A DNA stretch of 64,000 nucleotides, from the NCBI GenBank assembly GCA_026770705.1, contig JANJGN010000152.1:620001-684000 (forward strand), written 5' to 3'. Each line of letters begins with the position of its first letter. Position 1 is the first letter of the stretch. The notes beneath the pieces were generated by a model. The model saw only the letters and a program-made list of their open reading frames with translations. It searched no databases and was not told the origin of the DNA. Below are positions 48,871 to 61,483 of this stretch, piece by piece. The translations under genes were made by a program, and so were the position numbers. This stretch comes from Isurus oxyrinchus. Its lineage: Eukaryota.

Positions 48871-51589
48871 ATAATATATATTATGTTGTGGCAATATATA
48901 TTGCACTATATACGATATTATAGTCATATTGTATCTAATGTTGTGTGCCGCAATCACGTGGAGGATAGAGTGAGAAATCCAGAGAGGCCACCAATAAAAT
49001 GAAGCTAAGCTTCATGTCGTGTCCTATCAACTTCGGTAAATTAATTGTCGGCAGATCCAGGTCAGGGTAACAGCTTCTGGAGAAGTTAGTGCTGTTGTGC
49101 ATCAATCTTAACGAACACAAGAACACTGTACCCGCTAGGAACAGGCTTCTGGGGCTTCACTTCACAGAGTGAAGTATTTCTCGCTCAGCTTTGTTGGAAG
49201 GTGGGAGGAGCGTCCGTTTCATTATCCTGAATCAGACCGAATAATGGAAACAGAAAGAACACAAATCGTGAGCAATGGTCTCTGTGATCCTCTCAAAGGT
49301 GACCATTTAAACCAGACCACCAGGTGGCGGTGCCGGGTCGCTGTGTCTACCACAGGTCATGTTGTCCCAAAGAATGCGGACTGGCATTTGCTTCCATCTA
49401 AATTCACAAAATAAATTATTTTCAGTCCTTCGGTTTGAATTCATAATATTCTATCTTTGATCATGCTAAAAATTTCATACCTTACTTTAATACAAATAAG
49501 GTAGCTACCTCAAGTTGACAGTTTTGAATTAAGTACATTTGCTATGACAATGGATTATAATTCGGATTGGGTTGGGATTTTTCTGGTCATCCAAAATCTG
49601 CTTTCACCCGCATACTTCAACCCGAGCTCAATGGTGAAGGGATTTGCAACTATATAACAACATTGGAATTCATTTCGTGAACCTGGAACTAACATGGTTC
49701 TCATGGAGAGGTGGAGTTATATCATTTTCAATGAGCATATTATTGTTGAAGCAACTTTCTCACACTTGTTTTGTCCATGCGCTGTCTAGGTAAATGCTGC
49801 AGTTGAACAGCGACCACAGATATGATATCCTTTTAACGCTGCCAATGTCAAGGTATGGTGAAAAGATATCTCCTACTGTCAGTATGCAAGGTATTCTTGA
49901 CTGCATGCCCTGCAAATCGGAACCCGCTCGACCCTCTGATCTCTTTCACATTCATCTGCAGTTATTATAGTAACACCAGAAGGTCTATATGTTCTCTATT
50001 CTACCTTCTTACTTTTCAATAATTAAGGCAATTTTACATTTTGTTTCAGCTGCATTAATTGTTTGTATTACAGCCCCACCCCCCCACAACCCCACGCCCC
50101 CCTCGGCTGGGTGGATCCATTCACCGGCAGCAATAACGCTGACGTCTCCCTTGAATTCACTAGTCCCGAGTGCCTTAAAAGGTGAACTTTCTGACTCATT
50201 GCTCAGTCCAGTCACCTTCCTCGAGAAAGGTAGGTCTGGAACCACTTTTTCTGGGCAGATTTCCACACAGAGCAGCAGTGGGTGAAGTTTGATTTCGGGC
50301 CAGATCGCGAGGACCTGACTGCGCCACCAAAGTGATTTGTCACCAATCACTTTTGACCTTTGCAAACTGCAACCAGCCCGATTATCGGATGTGTTGTTGA
50401 GGAACACGTCGGCCACCTGGTTAGATGCCGGAGAACAAACAGATAGGAGGCTGTCGCGTTAGCCGTACTCTGGAAAATTAAAAGATCATAAAGCGAATTG
50501 ATCAATAATAAGAAAAGATTTTCCAGAGAACTGATCTTGCTGGAATTTCTGAAACGATTTGCAGGATTATGGGAGGAAGGCAGGTATTCTGGCTTAGCTG
50601 CTCTCACAGAAGGTCGGCACGGATAAAATGGGATGAATGGTCTTCCTCTGTGCTGTCACCGCTCCATCATTTTATGATTCTAACCACTGTCTTGAAATAT
50701 TACGTATCCAATTGGGACATTCACCTTTTTATCTTCAAGTGACTATTCTGGTGTAAGAAGGCTAGGTTGGAAAATGAAGCTATTGAAACTTTTGCATGTT
50801 TGCCTTGCATTAAGACAGGTCCATGGTGAGGGCCGGATACCCCAAGTTTAATTCTCAATGTATTTTCAAAGTACATCAATCACAGTCAGCAATCTATCTC
50901 TGCTTCTACCTCAACAGCAGCTCTTCCTTAATGATCCTCAGGAAGTCATAACGACGGATTAAAATCTGAAGTTAATCACTGAGCAAAGCAAGTGAGTGAA
51001 AAGTATGGAGGATAGGGAAAGGGATATTAAAATATGAAGGAAAGATACACCTGAATTGGGATTTCTGAAGAGGAGGAAAGGAATATTACACCCTGAGGTG
51101 GTATTTCTGAAGAAGGGGAAAGGGATATTAAAATATGAAGGAAATATGTGATGAGATGTGATTTCTGAAGCCATTCACTGTACCGAGGGTGGGGATCGAT
51201 GTTAAAGGAGTGAAGGACAATTCAAAACCGTTTTATTTTGTTTCTCTCTGCCCAACTCCTTTTCTAATCTGATTGACAGTTGTAAGTACGGAATGTTATG
51301 CACAGTGGGTTTCAAGTACTTTTTAATGAGTATGCACCCTGCACCTCCCCCTGGGAGCTTTGACCCGCCCGGAGCATTCTGCATTCTGTAACTGGCTGCA
51401 GACCGTCGATGTGACATAATCTCTTTTCTCCCTATTTGCAAGCCCGAAGTCTGAAAGTTATGGCTGTTTAAATATATCCTTACTTGCACAAAGCTGGACA
51501 GAATTCACGACTGAGGTTTACACAAAAGTTTACATAAACAACAGCAGGGATCAGTGCTCGAAATATTGTTTAAAATAGAGGGATAGCTG

Positions 51590-51930
51590 TTTTTTTATTC
51601 ATTCACGGGATGTGGACTTCACTGGCTGGACCAGCATTTATTGCCCTTCCCTAATTGCCCTTGAGAATTCGGTGGTGAGCTGCCTTCTTTAACCGCTGCT
51701 GACCGCATGGTGTAGACACACCCACTGTGTTGTTAGGGAGAGAGTTCCAGGATTTTGATCCAGCGACAGTGAAAGAACAGTGCCATATTTCCAAGTCAGA
51801 ATGATCAATGACTCGGAGGGGGATCTCTAGGTGGTGATATTCCCATCTATCTACTGCCCTTGTCCTTCCAGATGGTAGTGGTCATGGGTTTGGAAATTGC
51901 TGTCGAAGAAGCCTTGGTGAATTTCTCTCG
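51590..51930 (-). mobile_element. LINE/SINE 3' fragment
   Basis: Homologous to 6430-6632 and 56350-56990. Confidence 0.7.
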
Positions 51931-52467
51931 GATTGTTTCTCTAGGTTTGTTCAATTACCTGTTCACTAAAAATAGCTATCACCTTTATAATAACACGGTT
52001 CTAAAAATCACTGAGACAAAACACAGAATCGTCCTTAGCTCAATAGTTAACCGATGCTTGAGGGAAATGTCAGTGGGTCACTGTTCTGACTCTCCTCCCG
52101 GACAGGTCAACCTTGTGTTTCCTGGTTAAATAATCAGCCACTGTTACGCTGGTCCCTAAAACAGAACCATTCCCCCATTAGGGGCACTAAATATCGCCCT
52201 GGGTGATTAAATTCACTGACAGCCAGAACACCACCCTCGGTCTCTAAAGATGAGCCATTCCCCCTGTAAAAACACTGACCATAGTCCAGTTCTGGGTGTT
52301 TACATTCACTGAGGGCTAGCTCACCACCTACCTCTCACAGCACCACTGGGGACCGAAGGAAGTGAGGTGAGAACATCCGGAGACACGAAAGCAGATTATT
52401 GAGATTGGGGGATTAAAACGAGTGTCTTTAAATATCCAACTCCCCTTTTACAGAGCGGACAGCGACA

Positions 52468-52952
52468 ATGCAACTACTCAACATCTGGCTTGTGTGGGGA
52501 CCATTTCTGACAGGTAATTTTGGACAACGCACATTTCATCTTTATTTTTCTCATTTCCCACACAGCTTTTAAATGTTCTGATTTTTTTTTTTTCTGTTTC
52601 AGCATGTTGTTCACATCTAATTCATGGAAATTCTGTAAGAACCGCTGTCCTCAGATGCAAAGGCAAAAGAGGAAGCAGTGACTTTAAGCTGCAGTTAATA
52701 TCTGACACAAAGCAGCTATTGGCTATACTGGTACAGGCAACAGCTAGGCGCCCAGCTCCAGTTTATATTGCTGAAATCTACGAGCGATTATGAAGATAAA
52801 ACAGGTTTTGCCCAAATCCGTTTCTCAGTCAAGCTCCAGACCTTCGCGAAATTCACTATTTTATCCAATTCAGATCTGCAGTTGACTGATGCTGTCGTGT
52901 ACTGCTTCTCTGTTAACGATGGAAAACAGTCTCACACCTGCGAACAAACTCT
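52468..52952 (+). pseudogene. TCR alpha/delta V pseudogene (leader 52468-52513)
   Basis: MQLLNIWLVWGPFLT|gtaatt; AVTLSCS*YLTQSSYWLYWYRQQLGAQLQFILLKSTSDYEDKTGFAQIRFSVKLQ...DLQLTDAVVYC; decayed heptamer, nonamer ACAAACTCT. Confidence 0.82.
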
Positions 52953-54686
52953 CTTTGAACTGTGACTCGGGCCTCCTGTCCATTTGTGTTTATTTCTAGA
53001 ATCCCGGGCAGATGCAACCACAATGTTCAGCTGTGCTATTAACCGCTCAAGCACAAACGAGAGGAAACCACGTTCACCTCGAATCAGACAGTCAGCCAAC
53101 AGTTTCCAGCAGCGACCGAGAGAACAAACTGCAGATTGAGGATTCCTGCTGAATAATAGAATCTGCATCGCTCAGATCTGGAACACACGGTTAAAGAAAA
53201 CAGAAATTAGAGATTAAAAGTTCAACTGAACTGAACTAACGGTGAAATTTCGCAAACAATGCTACAGAAAATGATATACAAACTAAACCACAGAAAATAG
53301 CACCTTACTCAATATTTCGGTGTTTACAATTCCAGAGAGCCTATCCATCGTTATCTCACTCTCTCAGCATATCCTCCGATTCCACTCACCCTCTGTGTCC
53401 CTTAAATGCATCAGTTCACTTCAGCGCCTGCTGGTGATAGTGATTCACGAATTCCATCCCACCTTTGGATAAATAAATTTCTCTTGAACTCTATGTTGGA
53501 TCTTTTGGTCACTTATATACCCCACAGTTTTGAATTAAGTACAAGTGGAAACATCTCCATGTCTACCCTTTCAAATTCCATCATTATTAAAAGAACCCTT
53601 TTTGGTTACCCATCTGTATTCTCTTTAATATAGGAAAGGAGGCCAGTCTGTGCAGTGTTTTCTTTAACTCTTACACCTGGCATCGTCAATGTAATGCCTT
53701 GCTGAATTGTGTCTATGCCTCTGTAAATTCCTCCCGTAAGGAAGAGTACAGAATTGCTCACGATAGCTCATGTGTGCTCTAACCAAGATCTGCTGCATTT
53801 TTAACATGTACTCCCTTGCTTTTAAACTCATTCATCCGAAAAGTAAACCCTTTTAAAACTGCTAAATTTCTTACAGACAGTGAATCTCACCCAGATCACA
53901 GCGAGAATGGAGACTCGCATTGCTGCTGCACTGGGAATTCAAGAGACTTTTTGTGCTTCAGAGATCTGCAGAGTATCGAACAAGAATAATCTGACAGCAT
54001 TGGCTGAGACTGTTCTGATGTCACTTCCTGCAGAACATAAGACTGGAGAAGCTGAGATCACTGGATCTGATTGGGACTGATGTCATTTCCATCACCATAT
54101 GGTGAAAGTCTTTATTACAGAGAACTGAGACTTCAACGTCGCATTCTGCTGATCAGAGAGAAAGACGGGTAAGTGTACTCAGCTTGATCTCTAATTGACA
54201 TGAGGGACAGTGTGAACTTTAAGGAACCGGCATGAAGGTCTTCTCAAAGAAAGAAATACAGGGGTGTGAATGTAGATGGAGATTTTTAGTTATTTCACTC
54301 ATAATCACAAATTAGACTGAGCTCGTTGACTGTGATGAAGTCGGGTTTAATCAGCATTCTACTGCGTTCACACAACGAGTAGATCGTAACTTGTAATTCT
54401 TGTGTTAGTGGCACACTAAATAGAGCGTGAAAATACACGGGCAATAAACAAGAGAAATTTCCTATGTATCAGACATTAACAGGTCGGGTTACCAAAAAGA
54501 TCTGCACAGGGATTCTCCTGCTGAATTTTCGAGTGGATGAATTCTGCATTTGAACTCACCTACTCAGAGTTGATGGGAGTTGCCTTGTGAACAGATTGCC
54601 TGGTGGCTTTACTTGGAGAAGAACGTGCATTCCCTGTATATCGCTACACAGTCCGCTGCTCAATTCACTTTGAAATATTGCAGCAC

Positions 54687-54725
54687 TGTTTTTGTACGGC
54701 GCCCCTTCTGGTCCCTGTCACTGTG
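54687..54725 (-). promoter_or_regulatory. Near-consensus 23-bp-spacer RSS
   Basis: CACAGTG-23 bp-ACAAAAACA. Confidence 0.92.
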
Positions 54726-55241
54726 TCTCTCAGTCCGCAGTAATACACCGGGCTGTCAGACAGCCGCAGGTCACTGATGGTGAAATTCCCCTCACTTTTC
54801 GAAGTGTCGAGAGATCCAGAAAATCGAGTCCCCACGTCCCTTGCCCTGAAAACATTTGCATAATTCGGGATGTAGATTAAGAATGTGGGGGCTTTACCCC
54901 AGTGCTGACAGTATAACTGTAAGGAATATCTAGTAGCAATGGTGGAATAGCTGTAATGAATGGTCAGCGAGTTTCCTTCAAACTGCATCTCTGCATCTGA
55001 CCCACGTGAGACCGAGTCTGCACCACTTACTCCTGCAGAAATTAAAAATTAAGGAACTTTAAGATTTTATTACTTTATCCCAGTTTATTAGGTTAAGTGA
55101 GGGAACACATTCTAAATAGGAATAAGACTGAATTTTAAAAAAATATTAATGTTACCTGCAAGAGGAAATCCTATAACTAGTAGACTTACCGGGTAAGAGA
55201 GCTGCAACTGTGAGAAATGAATAAAAAATAAAACCCAACAT
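54726..55241 (-). CDS. TCR alpha/delta V segment with open frame (leader 55190-55241, V 54726-55032); lacks canonical Cys23 and Trp41
   Basis: MLGFIFYSFLTVAALLP|gtaagt...ttctgcag|GVSGADSVSRGSDAEMQFEGNSLTIHYSYSTIATRYSLQLYCQHWGKAPTFLIYIP...RFSGSLDTSKSEGNFTISDLRLSDSPVYYCGLR; no stop or frameshift. Confidence 0.8.
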
Positions 55242-55769
55242 ATTTACAGCGAGCTAATGGCGGATTGAAACAGGACAGGTTGAATCTGTAAATGTTTCAG
55301 TGAAGGGTTGGGATGATTTTCATTTGTACTCGGTCTCTTCAGCCATTGGTTAATTTCTGAAAGTCTCAAGAAGTGGTGTCCAATCAGCTGCACACACGTT
55401 GTTTGCGTCAGAGCGTGGTGCAGCAAATCAGCGAAGTCTTCGTCCCCCCCAAGGGGACTGAGCCGAGGATTGAACTGAATTCTGGTTCACTCGCAGAGTC
55501 AGTGTGAAGTGGTGGCAGTGAGGGGGAATAGTTAATGTTCTCTTTAATGTTGTCCACAATGCCGGAGACTCGCATTAAAAGAACTGCTCACTGACCATGG
55601 GAAATTCGCACAGCTGATATTAATTGGAATATTAAACAGATGGACAATAATGGGGTCTGCAACACAGAAATGTGCAATTTCACATAACTAGTCTTTACTT
55701 TGGTTTCTGTTCCGTTAACAGTTCAGGGTCAAAACTGATTCAATGAAAAAAAAGTGAGAGCTTTCTGTG

Positions 55770-56232
55770 GCTTCTTGTGCGGTCTGACAGCGTCTCGCTA
55801 ACACAGAGGCTCAGCGCACAGAGATAGACGGTAGAGACAGAAACTAGAGAACTGGGAACTGTTCAGCATCAGTTTTTTTGTCTGCCTAAAACAGCAGAGA
55901 ACAGGTCGAGGTAATCTCGAGAATTATCTCTCCGTCCCATCCCGAAGCTCTTCATTAAATACCGAGGAACTGCCCCGGGATACTGGACATATCAGTAGAG
56001 ATAGGAATTACGACAGAACGTGGAACATCTGCAGTTAATATCAGGGTCTGTCCTTCTTGAACCGTTAATTTTGGCGGTTCCTGAGCCACTAAATTTTTGC
56101 CACTCGTTCCTGTAACAAAAACACAAAAGATTTCAGAATTCTGCGAGTAAGTATAACTAATAGAACAGAAACTCGTCATTTAACAACAGGTAGAACGGCT
56201 ATTCTTGTCAATAACAAATATGGGGAGCACAT
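55770..56232 (-). pseudogene. TCR alpha/delta V pseudogene (leader ~56188-56232, V 55809-56109)
   Basis: MCSPYLLLTRIAVLP (donor lost); GTSGKNLVAQEPPKLTVQEGQTL..NCRCSTFCRNSYLY*YVQYPGAVPRYLMK...STVYLCALS; RSS CTCTGTG-23-ACAAGAAGC. Confidence 0.8.
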
Positions 56233-56349
56233 GATGCCTCGTGTATACAATGCTAGAGAATAATAGATTTATTAAATCGGATGACTCTTCCGCTCTGACA
56301 TTAACAAGTACATTCAGAGAAAGGGGTATATGCTTATTGTGAGAACTTT

Positions 56350-56990
56350 TTTCTATCCTTTCATGGGATGTGGGTGTCGCTGGCTGGGTCCGCCTTTATT
56401 GCACATCCCTACTTGTCCTTGAGAAGGTGATGATGAGCTGTCTTCTTGAACGGCTGCAGTCCATGTGGTGTAGGTACACCCACAGTGCTGTTAGGGAGGG
56501 AATTCCAGCGTTTGTACCCAGCGACAATGAAGGAACGGCGATATATTTCGAAGTCAGGATGATGAGTGACTTGGAGGAATATTTCCAATTAGTGGCGTTC
56601 CCTTCAATTTGCTGCCCTTGTCCTTCGAGGTGGCAGTGGTCGTGGATTTGGAATGGGCTGTCGAATGAGCCTTGGGGAATTTCTGCAACGCATCTTGTAG
56701 ATGATGCACACTGCTGACACTGTGGGCTGGTAGTGGAGGTAGTGAATGTTTGTGCATGTGGTATCAATAAAGCGGGCTACTTTGTCCTGGACAGTGTCAA
56801 GTGTCTTGAGTGTTGTGGGAGCAGACCTTATCTAGGCAAGTAGGGAGTATTCCATCTCACTTTTGACTTGTGACCTATAAATGGTGTACAGGCTTTGGGG
56901 AGCCAGGAGGTGGATTACTCGCCACACAATTCCAGCCTCCCCTTGTAGCCATTGTATTTATATGGCTAGTCCAGTTCAGTTTCTGGGGCT
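56350..56990 (-). mobile_element. LINE 3' fragment
   Basis: Longer homolog of 6430-6632. Confidence 0.7.
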
Positions 56991-59900
56991 TTTCTCTTTG
57001 TCAAGGTTGGCTGGTCTCCCAGAACCGCCTACAAATATACGCCAACCAGTGCTAGTTGTGGGCCAAGTATTGATGTCTCTTGCCCAAACTTCCCCTTGCC
57101 TAGCTGCATGAGTGAGACTCTGTCTATCTGTTTGTCTCTCACTCTCACTGTGTCTGTCCAATCTTCGGTGTCAATCCACCTCGTTAACACTTCCTCTATC
57201 TTCCTTTGACTTTATGCTTGCAGCTCTCTCTCCTCCTCCCCTTCACTTCCTCCCCATCGCTCTCTCTTTCTCTCTTTCTCTCTTCTCCCTCACTCCCCAT
57301 CTTTCTATCTGTCGTGCTTTCACTCATTTTGCTTAACCATTTGGGTTTCTCTTGAATCTTTCTCTCAGCAGATTTCTTTCAGTGCTTCTCCCTTTATCTC
57401 GGTCTTATTCTGTCTGTTTAACACGTAGTTTTTCTTTCTTCCGCTCTCTCTCTATCCCCTCATCCAATCCCCCACGCTCTCTATTCGCTGACATTTGAAG
57501 CGGAAAATAATGACAATCGTTAGGATTCCCTGTCAGAACTGCCACAGCTGATGAGCTCCATTACCAGTCAAAGCGGGAGGAGATTGAGGGGCACGGTTAA
57601 GTGAGCATGACTGTGGCTGGTGAGGTATCTTTTAAAATATCACCTGAAGTCTTTGCAGCACACCCAAAAACTGACTCGTGCAGCAACTGATTCTGTTATT
57701 CATTCCGAAATCTACAGGTCTCTGCTAACACTACGGTTTGAAATATCCGAACTTGACCGTAATTTAAAATGATTGAGAAATTACACTTTTCCTTATTCTG
57801 AAAATAATGATATTAGCCAGAGAATCCCGATAGGATCAGGACGTATTTTCTCCTGTATTTTCTATGTAAATTCCCAGGTATCATTCTGACGCGACTTCTG
57901 GCTTTGGATGGGACACTGAATTCCCGTTACCCATCTCTGATAATAAACAGAGGACAAACAACGGGTTTAACGAAGCAATCACCTTGGGGTGAAGTTGGGA
58001 AATTATGCAGTTATGGGGAAATATTGTAGAGAAGTCCCAATATCACAGACCAATGGTCAGAGCAATAACCAAAAATAGGCAGAACTTCGCTTCCGTGGTG
58101 CCAGCCTGAGCTCCAGAATCTGAAACTTTAATCACCTGGGGGAAAATAAAACTGTAACGTCGCCGAGATCTGAGCAGATAAGTGGGAATTTTTTTCCATT
58201 TGCATCTCGCTGAACAGCCACTTCCTGTAGCTGGGGATCTTGATCATTATCAAGTGATGAGAGAGCGCCCTCCGCCGGACAGCACAAGCCTCACCGTGAA
58301 AGTTGGAAACCCGCACAGATGCAGACGGATAAATATACATTTACACATAAGCGCGTACAGAGAGATAGACACAGTCGATCACCACACAAGACGTTGCTGC
58401 TGCTTTAATTGGCAAAGTGCATAAACCGTGGAAGGGTAATTTGCCTCACATCATCACAAGAGGCTCATTCGTGATTTTGGCGTTAACACTGCCGCATACC
58501 AATTTCAATGTCATAAGGTACTGGCGGACGAGACAGCCGTTTAACCCATCTTAATTTGTTCTTCCAGGCAACCCAGAACCCCTACAATTCCCCCCCCCCC
58601 CCCAGTTATTACTAAAGAAATTCTCTGGTTTTGGACTCTGTAATTTAAAGCGAAGGCTTTTTCATCCGGCTTTCAGTCTCTGTGCGACCAACAATCAGTT
58701 GGTAATAGTGCTAACAAAACTGGTTTTGTTTTTCCTCTCAACACAAACTCTTCAAACTGAGGAATCAGCCTCCTGCATCACCCCTGCACTACCGCCAAGC
58801 TTCAATAACCTCATTCGTACTTGGCAGAGGTAACTAAAAACGGTGTTCATGGAGTATGGTCCGACTACGCCTTGCTACTTTTCATTCAGGGCTTCCTTTG
58901 ACTTGTGTCCTTGTTGGCTGGATGTTAAACATCCCATTGGTATTGCTCACTTCCCTACTGAATTCTCTGCCCACATGGGGCATGTGTTCAGTGAGATACA
59001 CCAAACAAGGCGGGCGACATTTTTGAAGTGTCACGTAGTGATGTCCAGACATTGGAGCGTTCATTTGCAGATGGACAATAAGGACCAGAATTACCATCAA
59101 CGCCCGAATATACCGAGGATGCATGTTTTTATTGTTAGTTAAACATAATTTTTATCATTTACTCTCTCTTCAAATGAAATAGATAAAAAGGCAATATCTA
59201 CAATATTTAACCATATTTACCACTTCAGCTAAGTGCCTCACGTAGCAGCTAATCCCTCCACAGTAAAGTAAATTTTTAAAATAGGACATTTCAGGATCTG
59301 ATATCGAGTTTGACAGATTCGACTTACCAAACTTACTCGAAAAACCAGTAGGTGGCGCGTCTGCCCATTCGGTCTCTTCCTGCAAATAGAGGAAAGAAAG
59401 GACAATTAGTGAACGCCAGAAGAATAAATGAGAAAATGGTCCAAAGTGCAACCAAACATTTCTGTCTGTCTAAAAAAAAAACACAAAATGTAAAGTAAAT
59501 GAAATGCGAGAGGAACTAAGAAATAGATATTAATCTAAACCAGTAGAGGACGAGAAATAATTCAGGATTCAGATGCTGAACGTGGGGAACAAGCTGCTGA
59601 TTGTTTTAAAGAGCTAAATAATCCGAGGTTGTAAACAGGGATGTGGAATGTAGAACACAAAAAGACAAGGATAAAGCTGTACTTATCATTGCTGAGAACG
59701 CAGTTCAAACACTTGGGCCAGTTTCAGATCTCCTCTTTCGCTTGGTGTTAACCTGAAAATCAGAGTGTAGGACTGAGTGAGAAAGATAAAGCAAGGCGAG
59801 GGATGCTAATACAAATACTTGAGCTACTGGCGATCTTTTCACCATGAGAGGGAATGTTGAGAAATAGTCTGACAGACTTATGTCCAATGCAGGAAGGTTT

Positions 59901-60737
59901 TAAAAGGTCAGAAAAGAATAGCGTTAATCCGGCTTTTCGCTCAGTGGGTAACTGGATGCCGTCATTTCAGGTTATCGAGTGTCGATTATTTATGTAGTTT
60001 GAGCAGTGCACTGTTAGAAGATATGATTGTCCATGAGAAACAGTGATGGAGGCAGAATTTTTAAGTATTATTTAAAGAGGAAATGGATAAATATTTGTCC
60101 AGTAAAAGGGAATTTAAGAAGACAAAACTTGCAGACCACTGGCAGATAATTAAGAGTAAATGGATAACTCTTCCAGAGATTCAGCACATGGATGGTGAGC
60201 CGAATTGCCCTTCTTTTTGCTGGAAGACTCTATGATTCTAAAATGGCGAATGGGTCTTTTCAGTTAGAAAGACAACAGAGAACAAATCTTATGAAACGAT
60301 TTAACCCGTTGATACACCGGAAGCAGAGAAATTCGTGAGTTGTGACAGTTCAAGTGGTCTCTGGTTTGAGAAACTACCAATCGCTCAGTGGCACCGTGAG
60401 TTCCGTCAGATAACATCCCATAACAGTCCAATCGGTGCGAATGTCGCTCATCCGTCTCCCGCGGTACGAGGAGAATGTAAAGCTCTCCCGTCTCCTCGTC
60501 CTCCCCTCCCCACCACTGAGGGTCCTGGGCTCGGCAGCCAGCATCACTCTGCAAATCAGACCCTGATTGATCCGCCTTTTGCCCATCCTCATCGTCACGA
60601 ACAGAAATTCCCTCAAAGGCCTGTTTTCAGTTGAAGCCCGGTTGCAGTTGATATTGTGTCAGTTTCTTTATTTCACCATTTTTTTTATAATGTCTTAATA
60701 GCGTTAAGTTTGTGAGTGACTTTTCTTTTGTTCACAG

Positions 60738-61007
60738 TGTTCAGTGTGAGGATCAGAGCTTCTACCCTGAGCAGGTGTTATCTCGAGAAGGGGAACGGAT
60801 TGAACTGGATTATCGGCTCTCGGTTGCCTGGTACAGACAAATACCGACAGAGGCTGCGAAATTTATCGCCTCGATTTACCGGGGGAATATGTCCAAAGGA
60901 CGCTACACACTGTCCTTTGACCGAGTTAAGACGTTCAATACCATGTCTATAGTTAACACTGCGGCCCAGGGCGTCAGAGCTTGTTACTGTGCAATGGGGA
61001 CACAGTG
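60738..61007 (+). pseudogene. TCR delta/alpha-like V with open but defective frame
   Basis: ttcacag|VQCEDQSFYPEQVLSREGERIELDYRLSVAWYRQIPTEAAKFIASIYRG...GRYTLSFDRVKTFNTMSI...CYCAMG then CACAGTG (61001-61007); Cys23 lost, CDR1 deleted, nonamer decayed, no leader found. Confidence 0.75.
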
Positions 61008-61438
61008 AGACAAAGTCAGATTCTGCTTTCCAATGACTTTTTCACTGCCGTGTGTCCGCTGCACCGTTAACCTTTCCCGAACCCAGGACTTTTAGAAATG
61101 CTGGTGATATTCAGGAATGTTACGTTCCCATGTTTAAAATTAAAGTTACAACATCCTATAGCTGGTGTTACAGCTACAGATTATCGAAACATATTAAGTA
61201 AACATTCTATGTGTGGTTGTTCAACTTAGAAAATGATAAGACAGACAGAAAAATAACTCTTGCCCTCAGATACTTAGATCGATAGAGATGCGGGAGAAAG
61301 TTAGAAACACACAAAATAAATATATAGACAGACAGTTGGATAAGTCGATAGATATACAGGGAGACAGGCAGGCACACAGAAAGTAAGGCAGGCGAATAGA
61401 TCGAAGGATGAATAGTTACGTGGTTAGATAGATTAAAA

Positions 61439-61439
<1 letters not shown>

Positions 61440-61482
<43 letters not shown>
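61440..61482. repeat. (GATA)n microsatellite
   Basis: About ten perfect units. Confidence 0.95.

Positions 61483-61483
<1 letters not shown>

Noticed and set aside
50120-50470. Possible Ig-superfamily exon on the minus strand (good acceptor, faint C/W/YxC echoes)
   Set aside because: Needs several frameshifts, has no RSS and cannot be assigned to a family
53877-54168. Acceptor- and donor-bounded segment as a possible TCR constant exon
   Set aside because: No C1-set Cys/Trp pattern recognised, and the frames checked contain stops
58085-58310. Possible germline-joined VJ-type domain end (PPPDSTSLTVKV)
   Set aside because: Lacks YYC, GxG and a valid splice donor
59230-60560. Faint V-like relics on the minus strand (59230-59380, 60300-60550)
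   Set aside because: Too degenerate; no invariant residues or RSS
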